DNA of 64,000 nt from Lophium mytilinum (lineage: Eukaryota): NCBI GenBank assembly GCA_010093605.1, contig MU004193.1:467321-531320 (forward strand). Reading direction: 5' to 3'. Below the pieces are notes generated by a model. That model saw only the letters and a list, made by a program, of their open reading frames with translations, was not told the DNA's origin and did not search any database. Positions 14,101 to 24,015 of the stretch are shown here, one piece after another (the stretch's first letter is position 1; each line of letters opens with the position of its first letter). A program made the translations under genes and the position numbers.

Positions 14101-14387
14101 ATATATAACTTTTTAAAGATTCTTAATATATTAGATATAACTTTATAATTTACTATTATTAACTTTAGTAGTAAATGCTAATAAATAAGAAATTTAGGCC
14201 CCTTGCTTAGTACTATATTATATTAGGCCTACGGCTTACGTGCACAAACTAACGCTAGCAGTTGACTTACCATGGGATACGTCGAAGACCTAAGACACTT
14301 TTGCGCGTCAAAGAACGCATAGTGGGATAAGTGGGTCCGTCAGGCGCCCGACCGGCCCGCATTTAAGCTCGAGGCCGTTGTGCCGAT
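11136..14387 (+). mobile_element. RIP-degenerated piggyBac-superfamily DNA transposon (boundaries approximate)
   Basis: Abrupt AT-rich, TpA-rich block at ~11200-14230, the signature of RIP. Conceptual translation retains piggyBac transposase motifs (next feature). Flanked by 48-bp imperfect direct repeats at 11136-11183 and 14340-14387. Confidence 0.9.
11546..13983 (+). pseudogene. piggyBac-type (DDE_Tnp_1_7-like) transposase pseudogene with one intron
   Basis: 12739: SIVLINKIIVYFTGQSSYTIKIPGKPISKSYKIF, a RIP version of S.DE.MV.FTGRS.HT.K.P.KPI..GYKIF. 13402: YNN*IEGVNIYN*LRSYY, equivalent to YN..MGGVD..DQLRSYY. Also *IPLFF*VLD..IINTYIL and a C-terminal Cys-rich domain eroded to Tyr codons. 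A phase-0 intron GTAAGT(12488)...CTAAC...TAG(12612) reconciles frame 2 with frame 1. The start is inferred (ATA from ATG). Confidence 0.88.
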
Positions 14388-14975
14388 ACGTTGCCGATAC
14401 GTCGCATAGTGTCTCACTATACTGCGTTATGAACGCATACGAAGCTTGCAGTCGAAACGTGATTGCTCCGGACTCAGGGAAATAAAGGAGGGGTCGGACG
14501 GACTCGATAGGGTCTGGCGAAACGTTGGGAATCTAAATCATTTTGTCCGTCGGTCGGCGACGAGTGGTATGGCCTCGAGTGGTATGGCATAAATCCCTAC
14601 TTTGGTCAGGTCGATCTGTTTTATCCCATGCTGGACATTACTATGCTCCCAGGATGCAAGAAAACTTTAGGTTATGGATACCCCTTGCAGCGACGTTTCG
14701 TAGTCGCCTGAGACAACATGCACATGAATCACAATCGCTTGCGCGAACATCACAATGAAAGTAGAGCCGAAGAAAAATGTTTATGAATGTATTTGAACAT
14801 TTTACATTTTGGAGGATAACGAGCTGTCCAAAGCTACCGGGTATCTAGAAGAAGTGATATACATACAAACGTTTTCGTTTTAATGGGCCTGCCAAAATGC
14901 ATGGGCCTGCCAAGGGGATGCCATGTGTTTTAGATCGACTAAAAGCAGCATAAGACGCCGGAAACAACATATCAC

Positions 14976-16094
14976 TTAAGCATTCGCTCTGACCTCTTGA
15001 CCAGCAGCTACCAGAGCGCTTCCTCGTCGATCGCTGCTGGCAGCCTGCATGGTTGTGCGCCTCCTCGACCGGATTTCAAGGAAGTGTCCCACGACGCTCT
15101 TGACCTGCTCCTCAAATCCGATGTGCTTGAATCCAAAAGTTCTTTCCGTCAGACTCGAGTCAAACTTGATGTCGATGTTGTGGGCTGATCCACAGTTTGG
15201 TAGCCTCCGCTTCGCAACAGCGTCTGGGAAGGCTCGCTTGATGATGTCTTTGGCGTCGTCCCACCGCGTTTGCTGGCTGAGGATGTAGCTTCGGTTGCCT
15301 GGAATTTGCGGAAGCAGGGACTGAACGTGTACTCGTGCGACGTCGTCGTTGTGGACAGTGGCGCCGGCAAACCCTCCGAAGTCTTTCCCGAGAGCTATTC
15401 CAAGAACGACAGCATTCGTACCCTTCATCGCTTCACGTGGTGTTGTTGCGAGGTCGTTGCGGCCTTCGATGAAGGCTGGGTGGAGATGGATTACGTCGAA
15501 CGAGGGCTTTTCCCTCTTGATCCAGGCTTCAGCCTCCTGCAGGGCAGCGACCTTGGAGTTGGCGTAAGCAGCAAACTCGGTTTCGTACGGTCCAGACTCG
15601 AATACCACGCGGTCCGTTGGGAGTACTGGAGTGCTTCGTCGCTCGTAGCCTTCCATCTGAGCAACGGGGGTGATGGCCACGACCGAGCTTGTGATGACTA
15701 CTCGTCGTACGGTCTGGCTCTTCTTCGCGGCTTCCAACATGCTCAGTGTTCCGAGGACGGCGGGTTGAATGAAGTGCGAGTCGTGTTCGTTCAGTGGGAT
15801 CTCGTCGCCACCGGTCATCAGCGGCGATGCAATGTGGATAACATATTTGACGCCCCGAGTAGCCTCGTCGTAGGCATATGGGTAGGTGATCTCAGGAACG
15901 ATGATAAAGCTCAGACGAGAGCCCAGGTTGAGAGCCTTGATCTGAGGATGGTTGATAATGATGTTGGCCTTGGCTTGTGACCGGACAGCGGCGCGGACAG
16001 TGTAGCCGGCGTTCAAGGCGTGGATGAGAGTTCGGAAGCCAACATGGCCAGTGGCTCCGGTAATGAGAAGATTGCAGCTCGATTCACGTCCCAT
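14976..16094 (-). CDS. NAD(P)-dependent epimerase/dehydratase-family reductase (extended SDR; aldehyde reductase II/GRE2-like)
   Basis: LLITGATGHVG Rossmann motif, VIHIASP, RRVVITSS, catalytic YANSK and VHNDDVARVH; single-exon ORF of 372 aa. Confidence 0.92.
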   Translation of the reverse strand: MGRESSCNLLITGATGHVGFRTLIHALNAGYTVRAAVRSQAKANIIINHPQIKALNLGSRLSFIIVPEITYPYAYDEATRGVKYVIHIASPLMTGGDEIPLNEHDSHFIQPAVLGTLSMLEAAKKSQTVRRVVITSSVVAITPVAQMEGYERRSTPVLPTDRVVFESGPYETEFAAYANSKVAALQEAEAWIKREKPSFDVIHLHPAFIEGRNDLATTPREAMKGTNAVVLGIALGKDFGGFAGATVHNDDVARVHVQSLLPQIPGNRSYILSQQTRWDDAKDIIKRAFPDAVAKRRLPNCGSAHNIDIKFDSSLTERTFGFKHIGFEEQVKSVVGHFLEIRSRRRTTMQAASSDRRGSALVAAGQEVRANA

Positions 16095-18407
16095 GGCGAA
16101 GGTTGTAGGAGAGGACCTCCGGAAGACAGGCAGGGAGAGAGATGAAGAATGCGGGGTAGTCGAGTAGGAGCGAGGAGAGTAGACTGGAGGACTAAAGTGC
16201 GGTATCGATGTATGATTGTTGTAACAAGGGAGAGTGACTGCACAGCAGGATCGAGTCTAATAGCAGATGGTGGTGGTGGGGGACGGAGAGGGAACACGGG
16301 AGCAGCTATATATCAATCCCCTCTGGCTGGCTGGAAGGGGTTTTCAAGCGGCGTCGCTAGATACAGTGGCATCAGCAGGGGGTGAGATTTGATTGCAGGG
16401 GGCTACACAGCTTGGCCCTCCCTGGGCTCTCTGGCTGTCAAACTTCTCTCGTGCGTGGGACGGTGAAGCGTGGAGGCGGGCACAGTCAGGCGTCCCAAGG
16501 GCGGCACGCATGCAGATGGCGTGCGCCGTCGAATCAAACTACAAGACCAGCACGGCGTCCCCGGGCCAGACGGAGGACAGGTGTCCAATGGCGGGCAGCA
16601 TCTGAAGCATCCCGACGGCGATTCAGGTTAGGCCCAGACGCGGTCTCAGCTCAGTCAACCCCGCTGGGCGCGAGGCAGTTGGGCCGGCCAGCGCCGTGGC
16701 ATCTGTGGGCTTGCGAGCTGGGAGTCGTTGTCGTCTGATGTGGTTTGGCGCCGTGTCTTGGGCTGGACTACGCGGCCAGTCTGCGAGTCGGATTCGCGAT
16801 GGCGTCGACAACACTTTCCTCGCATTGAGGTTCCAGAAGCGGCCGCGCCAACTAGCCCCAGAATCTCGTCCAGACTTGCTTTCGGGGTCATCGCCTATTC
16901 GTAGCGTAACGAGGCGCTGGGTCTGGCGAAACGCCCTGCAGCGAAAGCAGAGCCTGGAGGCGAATCTAGAGCCAGCCCCAATATACAGCGGCATAAACGG
17001 CGTGTATAGGCGTCGCCGTGGAGATGAGGATGTCTGAAAAGTGCCTGTCGAATCGATAGGGATTCGATAGCTCACCAACTCCGTAGGCCTTGGCGGCCGC
17101 GTTGCTGGGTCTCGATCGAGGCCATGCTCGACGGTGTTGTGGTTCTGGGACTAACGCTTACTGGGACGTTGCTGGTTGGTACTGGCCACCGCTGAGTGGC
17201 ATGTACGACGACAGCACGTGCCGGAGCAGGTCATGTCGACAGAGTGGAGCTCTCTGAAACATGATGAACATGATGGGCGCGGTTGTGACGTACCGACAGC
17301 GAGTGGTATGTCGGAATGTCGGCCACACGTGCTGGATCATGTGTGCTGGGAGTAGGTGATGCTGCACAGATGCTGCGTAGATGCTGCGTAGCTGTGATGG
17401 TTGAGTTTGCTGGGTCAGGTGTTGGTGTCAGGAGTGCGCGAAATTTCGGTTCAGCCGGAGCCAACCGACGCCACAGTAGTCTGCGCCATGCAGCAATCCA
17501 GCCATCTGCACCGTCGCCGACTCTCCAACCGTGGTTCGGCTATCACCCTCGGCTATCACCGTGCGCAGCGGCGTCTGGTACAGTAGATGGCTGGGACACG
17601 CACCGCCACAATACTGCTGAGCCCCCGCCGTGTCCTCTCTCGCCTCTGCGTGTCCTCTCTCGCCTCTGCGTGTCCGTCCTCTGCAGGCGGAAAACACAGC
17701 ACCTCGACACCGCGACGTCATAGCCTTGCCGAGCTAGAATGCAGTAGAGGGCCAGCTGACTGAGGCAACATCTGCATAAAAGTATCAGACGCCAGGAATA
17801 TCCTTCCCTTGATCAGCACTCTCGAATTAAGGTTGAATCGTGGAGGTGGATTTTCACCGCCACATGGCCACGCGGGCGGGAGATCTCCACGCGCCTCCCC
17901 ACTTTTACGCTTCCAGGCCCAGACGACTCGACCCTCTCGCCGGGACAGGCTTGATTACTACAAAATAGCCGCTTGCTCAGCGCGCTGATGTGCGCATCAT
18001 GCTTTGAATATCTTCACAAACTGCACTTTCACTCGCTGCGCCGTGTAAGCATGCTTTGCAAGACGGTTTCATCGCGTTTGAGATGCGATTTCGCCACTCC
18101 GAGGTGACGCGACGCTTCGACGTCACCGCTCCAACTTCGCCCTCTTAACTCGACCAAGCCCCAACTAAAACGTCGTTGTTTGCGCAATCTGCCATCTGCG
18201 GACTGCGCATCACTTAGTCGATCGTTTTGACCTTGACGACACACTCTGTAGGTACTTCTATAAGTCTTTGCTGGTAGAAAGTAGGCTTCGCGTTGCACAA
18301 TAAAACCCAATATATTCTCTACCTGCATCTCATATCCTCAAATACCCATTTGCTTCGTGAAACGTCGTTTTTCTTTCTCCAGTGTTTGATTCTTCCACAT
18401 TTTCAGC

Positions 18408-19922
18408 ATGAACGACCAACCACCTACCGGAGGTTATTACGCCCCGCAGACATCCTCGTTTCCGTCCAATCTCGCATTAGAGTCAGATTATCCTGCTCCC
18501 CTATTCGCAAAGCCTAGAGCGGAGCTTCTGGATCCTGAAGCACCTCCAGCCCCGTCGAGCATAGAACGTCCTCCACCCACTGAACAGTTCGATCAACCTC
18601 CTGCTTTTAGTCAGCCAGTCGAGGCGGCTTCAACAGTAGCACCACCTCAGCCCTACGAGGCGTACCACCCACCGAATCCCGACGACCCTCCCCCGTTCTC
18701 AGAGCAACCAGGCCCTGAATCACACCAGCCAATTATAGACGCTTCGTATCCCCCAGAAAAGCCTCAAGCCATGGCGAACACTGCGATGGTACCATCAACC
18801 GCTCCCCAATCACTTGGCGTAGAGCAATACCAACCGCCCCTCCCTCCCCGCCGCATCCAATCGAACTTCGGAGCCGACGACCCATCTAGCCCCGTGCACT
18901 ACACACGCGACCCGCACAAGCTCGTAGCATACCTCGTCCCCTTCCCGAAACCGCGAGTCCACGTCCCCGGCGCCACCCTCTCCCAAGTCCCCCCTCGCTT
19001 CCTAATCTACACACCTCCCCCGTCACCCCTTCAGAAACCAGCGGAGGGCGTCAAAGAAGACCGGATGCACAAGCTGCAGCGGAAATGGGAAGAAGAGGTG
19101 CGCGCAGCCAAAGGCAGCACCGCCAAAATTGCAAGCTGGCAAGGCGCCAAGAGCAAAGCCACCAAAGGCATTAGCTGGGCCATGTCTCAGACAAAGTCCG
19201 CGAATCTCGAGTTTCTGGGCCGTCTGGGCGAGGATCGGAAAAGCGGGCCAGCTCCAACTAATACGCAACCGGCAGAGGGTGTAGCGGAGGGAGACACCAC
19301 GCACAAGACGGTTGCGCTGGAGGAGATGGTCCTCATCTACCCCTCTACCATGCCCGGCACGCAAGAAGAGCTGCGCGCCGAATTCGTCAACTCGATGATG
19401 CGCTCCAAATCCAAAGCCCAGCGCGACGCCGTCATCGCAACCGGTCTGATCCCCGTCTCCTTCGCCATCGACGTCCTGGCTACTATCGTCTGGCCGTTCG
19501 GTGGGTTGCTGGAGATCGACAGCGTGTGGGCCTATTCGTCTATCCGAGGGGCGAAGACGGCGCGTTCGACTACGAAGCGGCTCAAATCGTCCGAAGGGGG
19601 TGGGAGTGGGAATGAACAACAGTTGCGCCTGACGTTCACGCCGTCCCCGAGGCTTGAGGTTTTGGGTCAGTATCTCGCAGCTCGGTGTCATGAGCGTGAT
19701 GCGAAGTTGTTTGCGTCGCCGGGGGTTCCGCCGACGGAGACGACGGTGTTGGAGGCGATTGGGTGGTCGCAGTCTGGACAGTTTAAGAACTGGGAAGACG
19801 AGCAGTGGGAGATTGCTGAGGTGAAGGAGGATATCAAATCAGTCATGAGTAAAGGGGCGCGCGAATGGGATAAGTGGTGTAAGGACTTTGAGAAGAATCC
19901 TGAGAAGGCGGCGAAGAAGTAA
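18408..19922 (+). CDS. Hypothetical protein: Pro-rich N-terminus, helical C-terminal domain with a hydrophobic hairpin
   Basis: 504-aa intronless ORF with coding-like codon usage; hydrophobic stretch AVIATGLIPVSFAIDVLATIVWPFGGLLEI. Confidence 0.82.
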   Translation: MNDQPPTGGYYAPQTSSFPSNLALESDYPAPLFAKPRAELLDPEAPPAPSSIERPPPTEQFDQPPAFSQPVEAASTVAPPQPYEAYHPPNPDDPPPFSEQPGPESHQPIIDASYPPEKPQAMANTAMVPSTAPQSLGVEQYQPPLPPRRIQSNFGADDPSSPVHYTRDPHKLVAYLVPFPKPRVHVPGATLSQVPPRFLIYTPPPSPLQKPAEGVKEDRMHKLQRKWEEEVRAAKGSTAKIASWQGAKSKATKGISWAMSQTKSANLEFLGRLGEDRKSGPAPTNTQPAEGVAEGDTTHKTVALEEMVLIYPSTMPGTQEELRAEFVNSMMRSKSKAQRDAVIATGLIPVSFAIDVLATIVWPFGGLLEIDSVWAYSSIRGAKTARSTTKRLKSSEGGGSGNEQQLRLTFTPSPRLEVLGQYLAARCHERDAKLFASPGVPPTETTVLEAIGWSQSGQFKNWEDEQWEIAEVKEDIKSVMSKGAREWDKWCKDFEKNPEKAAKK

Positions 19923-20091
19923 TATCGCTAGAGACCACATAGCATGAACCGGGCAGTCAATTACTAGTCTATCGTTCTAGTAATATTTCTACGAGACGTC
20001 TATGCCTTTATCCGCTATAATCACGGGCACTCACGACGTCCTGATCTACCACCTTTATGCCACCAACTCCCATCCATGCCTTCACGCCAAC

Positions 20092-21366
20092 CTACAAAGG
20101 CAAACTCCCATCCCCCGGCAAAACCAGCACCCTCCTCAACCTCTCCACATCCCCATCCCCCAACCCACAAACCTGCCTAACATACCCCTCCGCACCCCCC
20201 CACTCGCGATCAACCATCTCCAACACCGCAACCATACTCTCCTTCCGCGCCCCCATCATCCTCAGCGCCGCCTCCCTCCCCTTCCTCACCACCTCCGGCG
20301 GCAACACCACCGCCTCCGCATCCGCCCCCTCATCCTGCCTCGCCAACGCCGCCGCCAGCTCCCCCGTCGACATCGCATCCCCCGTCATCTGCGCGAGCAC
20401 GTATTTCTTAAACCCGTAGCTGGACGTGAGCCGCGAGATGAGTTTTTCTTGTAAGGGGAGCAGGCCGAGTTCGGTGAGGTTGTACTCTGCGGCGATGATG
20501 TCGCGCGGGACGCTCAGGAGGTCGAGGAGGAGGCCGATGAAGACGCCGGTGCGGTCTTTGCCGGCGGTGCAGTGGATGAGGGCGCCGAGGGGTTCTGGAT
20601 CAGGGAAGTGCGTGGGGGGAATGGGGGCGGTGGGGGAGTTGGAGAGGAAGAGGGAGTTGCGGCGGGCAGAGGGGGGTGGGAGGGAGGCGAGGTAGAGGAA
20701 TATCTTGCGGTAGGAGGGGCCGCCGTTGGTGAGGATGTCGCGGTAGGCTTGGGCGAAGCCCTGGGGTGTGTTAGCTGCTTGGACAACCGCTTTTGAGGGG
20801 AGAGGGAATCGTGGTATATGTTCTTGCGGCTTCTCAGTTTAAAGGTGCTCTCATATTCCATGTCAAACACCCGGAAGAATATCAGTATAACCTACCTCGG
20901 CGCTCTCGCCCATATACTTCATATATCTCTCCGCCAGCCTCTCCGGGCTGTAATCGTCATCAGCGAACACAGGCACCCACACTCTTTCCAAACCCTCCGC
21001 TTCCAGCATCTTGATCCACCCATCTCTCACCCCCATTCCGTCCTTCGGCAAGCCGTCCTCCCCAACTTCCACCGGCGCTTCTTCTTTTCCGTCTTTGCCT
21101 GCCACGACTCCTTTCCAGCCCTTCAAGACCTCTGGCTTCGATCGGAGGTCGAAGATGGTCTTTACGCCAGCTTCCTTAACAGCGGCCCACCCGGCCTGGT
21201 CCAATTGAGACACCTCAGCAGAGCGAAACAGGATCCGGCGCCGAACTTTCTGGCCGGTGGAGGTCACGAGGCCGCCATTGTAGAGTGCCGCATCGCGGAA
21301 GTTGTTAAGATGGGGTACGATGAAGAACGGTGGGATTGGAAGCCCGGATTCAGTTGGTGCTGCCAT
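20092..21366 (-). CDS. Protein tyrosine/serine phosphatase (Y_phosphatase3/IphP-like family)
   Basis: NFRD...LFRSA and IFDLRS motifs in exon 1 (ATG 21366); intron 20895-20761; P-loop IHCTAGKDRTG in exon 2; stop at 20092. Confidence 0.9.
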
Positions 21367-22350
21367 GGCTAGACTGAAGTGTGGAATCGCAAGGCGGACG
21401 TGATATTGACAGATACGCAAAGGATGACAGTGATTAAAAAATGTTACCCCTCGGTTTATCAAACTTGCCGTGATCTGTATCGCAATGCTCTTTCAGAGGC
21501 ACGGTGAATCAATGAAGGGAATGGAATGTAGCAGGAGGACCGGCGTGAAGTTCGATGAAGTGGCTGACCGACACACTCAGGTACGGCGCTATGAGACCCT
21601 TACAAAAGAAACAGTGACCAACCCTGGAGCTTCCAGTCGCCGAGGTTCCGGTTTCCGGGCGGTCCTATTGGTATAAATGCAGGTGAACTCGATGAAAGAC
21701 CCCGCAAGTGCCCCGCCAACTCCCCTAGTCATTGCCGAGGGACCATGGACGTTTCATGACTCTGGCCACAAACACTCTATCTTGCATCCCTCCAATCGCG
21801 GGCTGTCGTTCTAGAACGTGCTACTTTGCCTGTGAGGCATGTTGATAGTGAACAAAACGAGTTTCTGATCAAGGTACCTATGTGAATTTCTTTTTGCCGA
21901 AAACGCTTCTCGAGAAGCTTTACCGCCAGAGGATGGATAGTCATATACATAATACAATTATATTTTAGTGCAGGCCTTCCATACTTACACCTTATATCCT
22001 TATCCCTCCATTATCCGTGTGGAACTCCATATGAAGTTCTGGGCTAAATATCCGTAGCATCCCATCTTTTGCGCATTTCCTTGGAACGTATCTTAAACCC
22101 CGTAAATCAACACCAATAGAAAATACCGAGAGAAGCTATGCTTTTGCATGTCGCGCGACGATGCACCATGCCCTAACAAAGAAAAATTGCAAAACAAGGA
22201 GACCTTCCATGGGAACAAGATGATATACAAAGAAAAAGTAGTCGATTGGGGCTTCGGTAAGAGACGTCGCTCTTTCGTTTCGTGGTGATAAGCGTCGTAG
22301 GTTGCGGCCATCTAAACACGCCGGTTGGTCTGATAACATCTCTTTCGATA

Positions 22351-24015
22351 TTATTGCTCCCTCTGAAGTCCTTTCTCTAGATCCACAGTTCCATAGTCTT
22401 GTAGATCGGCACCAACATCTGGCTCTTTTGTCATGCAGCTCTCAGGCCGTCTTAAAGTTTCATGAGCAGACTCTGGTGGTTCAGTGTCATGTTCGTTTAT
22501 TCGAAATGTCGGATCTCCGGTCTCCAATCGCGTCGGCTCAGCAGTTTCGCGTTGGTCGGCCATATATTCATCGTACGTCTTGCCCGCCTTCTTGGCCAAG
22601 CGTCGAATGTGACGTGTTCGGTAGAGCCACGAGATGTGAGAAGCAAAAATACCGAGCTCTAAGAGGAGGCTGTATGCCGTCAGCTAGGGACGTTCTGATC
22701 GAAACTCGCCCATGTCCGGCGACCCTGCTTGTACTATGAAAGTAGCTTACCATATAATATAGAGTATGCCTCCAAGATAGTCAAAGGTGTGTTGTGCAAC
22801 TTGTACCCATGTCAGTAATCAAGTTCGGTCGCACTGATGCATAATAGACATACCGAGTGCCATCAACGAGAAGAAGGCCCCCGACCAGTCTACGGTAAGA
22901 AATATGAAGTCTACGCAAGTCGTTAGTATGGCAGGAGATCGCAGCTAGACAAGATCTGAATCCAGAGTCATACCGATGCCAATCACCCGGCCTTTCCTTT
23001 TGGCCAATTCGAAGTAAGGCGGGATGAGACCTAAGGCAATGATGACAGAGGCTACAATGGCCATCAAAGTGAGAGGCCAGGAAACTCCTCTTGCGTAAGG
23101 ACCCTGCTCATTGTTAGATAGGTGAGGTTACCAACATCGCAGAGATCGGAAACAGTACTCGTAGCACGCAAATGAAAAGGGCCTCAAGGCCTCCAAAAGT
23201 ACACGCAAGCACTCCCACGGTCAACGTGGTAGTCCAGACTCTCCAACCGCTTCATGGGCGTCAGCCGCTGCAACCCTTCGCTTTCGTTGCATATTTACGA
23301 ACCTATGATAGACCAAGGTCTGACCCCAACAGACAAGCGACAGAAAGCCAAAGCACTGCGGTTGTACTTGAAGTGGGATGTTGAAGTTCTGAGAGATGTT
23401 AGACGCATGAAAATGATTGTGGGATAGATCTGTTGACCTGCACAACAGCATAAACGCCGAACGGCACCGAAGCTTCACAAAGATTAGTCTCAGTATGGTA
23501 GTGGTTATCGCGTGGGACGTACCAGAAGCCCACATCATCACCATCAGGCCGGGAAGACCGTCAGTCTTCTTTGTGCGCCAATTTCGCCATATCCTGGGTG
23601 AATGAGACTCTGGATTCAAGATTAAGCACTACACGTCACTTACTGAGGTACAAGCTGACGTTGCTAATTAGTATAGTGCTCGAGCTAATCTTTCAGCGCA
23701 TCTCTCACCTGAATACACCAGCAGCTGACCCGAACACATTAGAACACGTTCCATTAGGCGGATGAAGGGGGCAAATACACTGAAAAGAGTCAGTGCCACC
23801 TCGGGCTCTACTAATGGGCCTACTTACTAGTTCCAATTGTCTAAAGGATCGCGAATTGGTTGTTAGATATTCATCTTTTCAGAACTCGGCTAACGTTCAG
23901 AGTTGGACCTACCCCAAGCACATTCGCAGCCTGCCATAGCGTAAGTTAGGAAATGATGCATGCTGAAGAGTCAAGGATCACATACAAGCGGGATTGAAGT
24001 TTGAGGACCCGCCAT
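22351..24015 (-). CDS. PQ-loop repeat membrane protein (cystinosin/Ypq-like transporter family), about 13 exons including micro-exons
   Basis: Spliced N-terminus MAGPQTSIPL|AANVLG|TIGT-I-CWCIQ|LVPQ|IWRNWRTKKTDGLPGL from exons 24015-23986, 23930-23913, 23840-23828, 23779, 23724-23709, 23654-23644 and 23593-23523. Later exons give NFNIPLQVQPQ, LIPPYFELAKRKGRVIGI and DWSGAFFSLMAL; stop at 22351. Confidence 0.88.

Noticed and set aside
15270..15980. Long antisense ORFs (also 19023-19691, 27661-28491, 30655-31368, 42629-43468, 45491-46156)
   Set aside because: Shadows of real genes on the opposite strand.
17630..17673. Short tandem duplications (20-bp x2 here; CAGCGGAGC x3 near 29651; 13-bp repeats near 14560 and 14883)
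   Set aside because: Common slippage products with no further structure.
23725..23828. Stwintron interpretation of the twin introns in the PQ-loop gene
   Set aside because: Removing the first intron does not create a new donor, because the preceding base is A rather than G, and the reading frame needs the intervening T.
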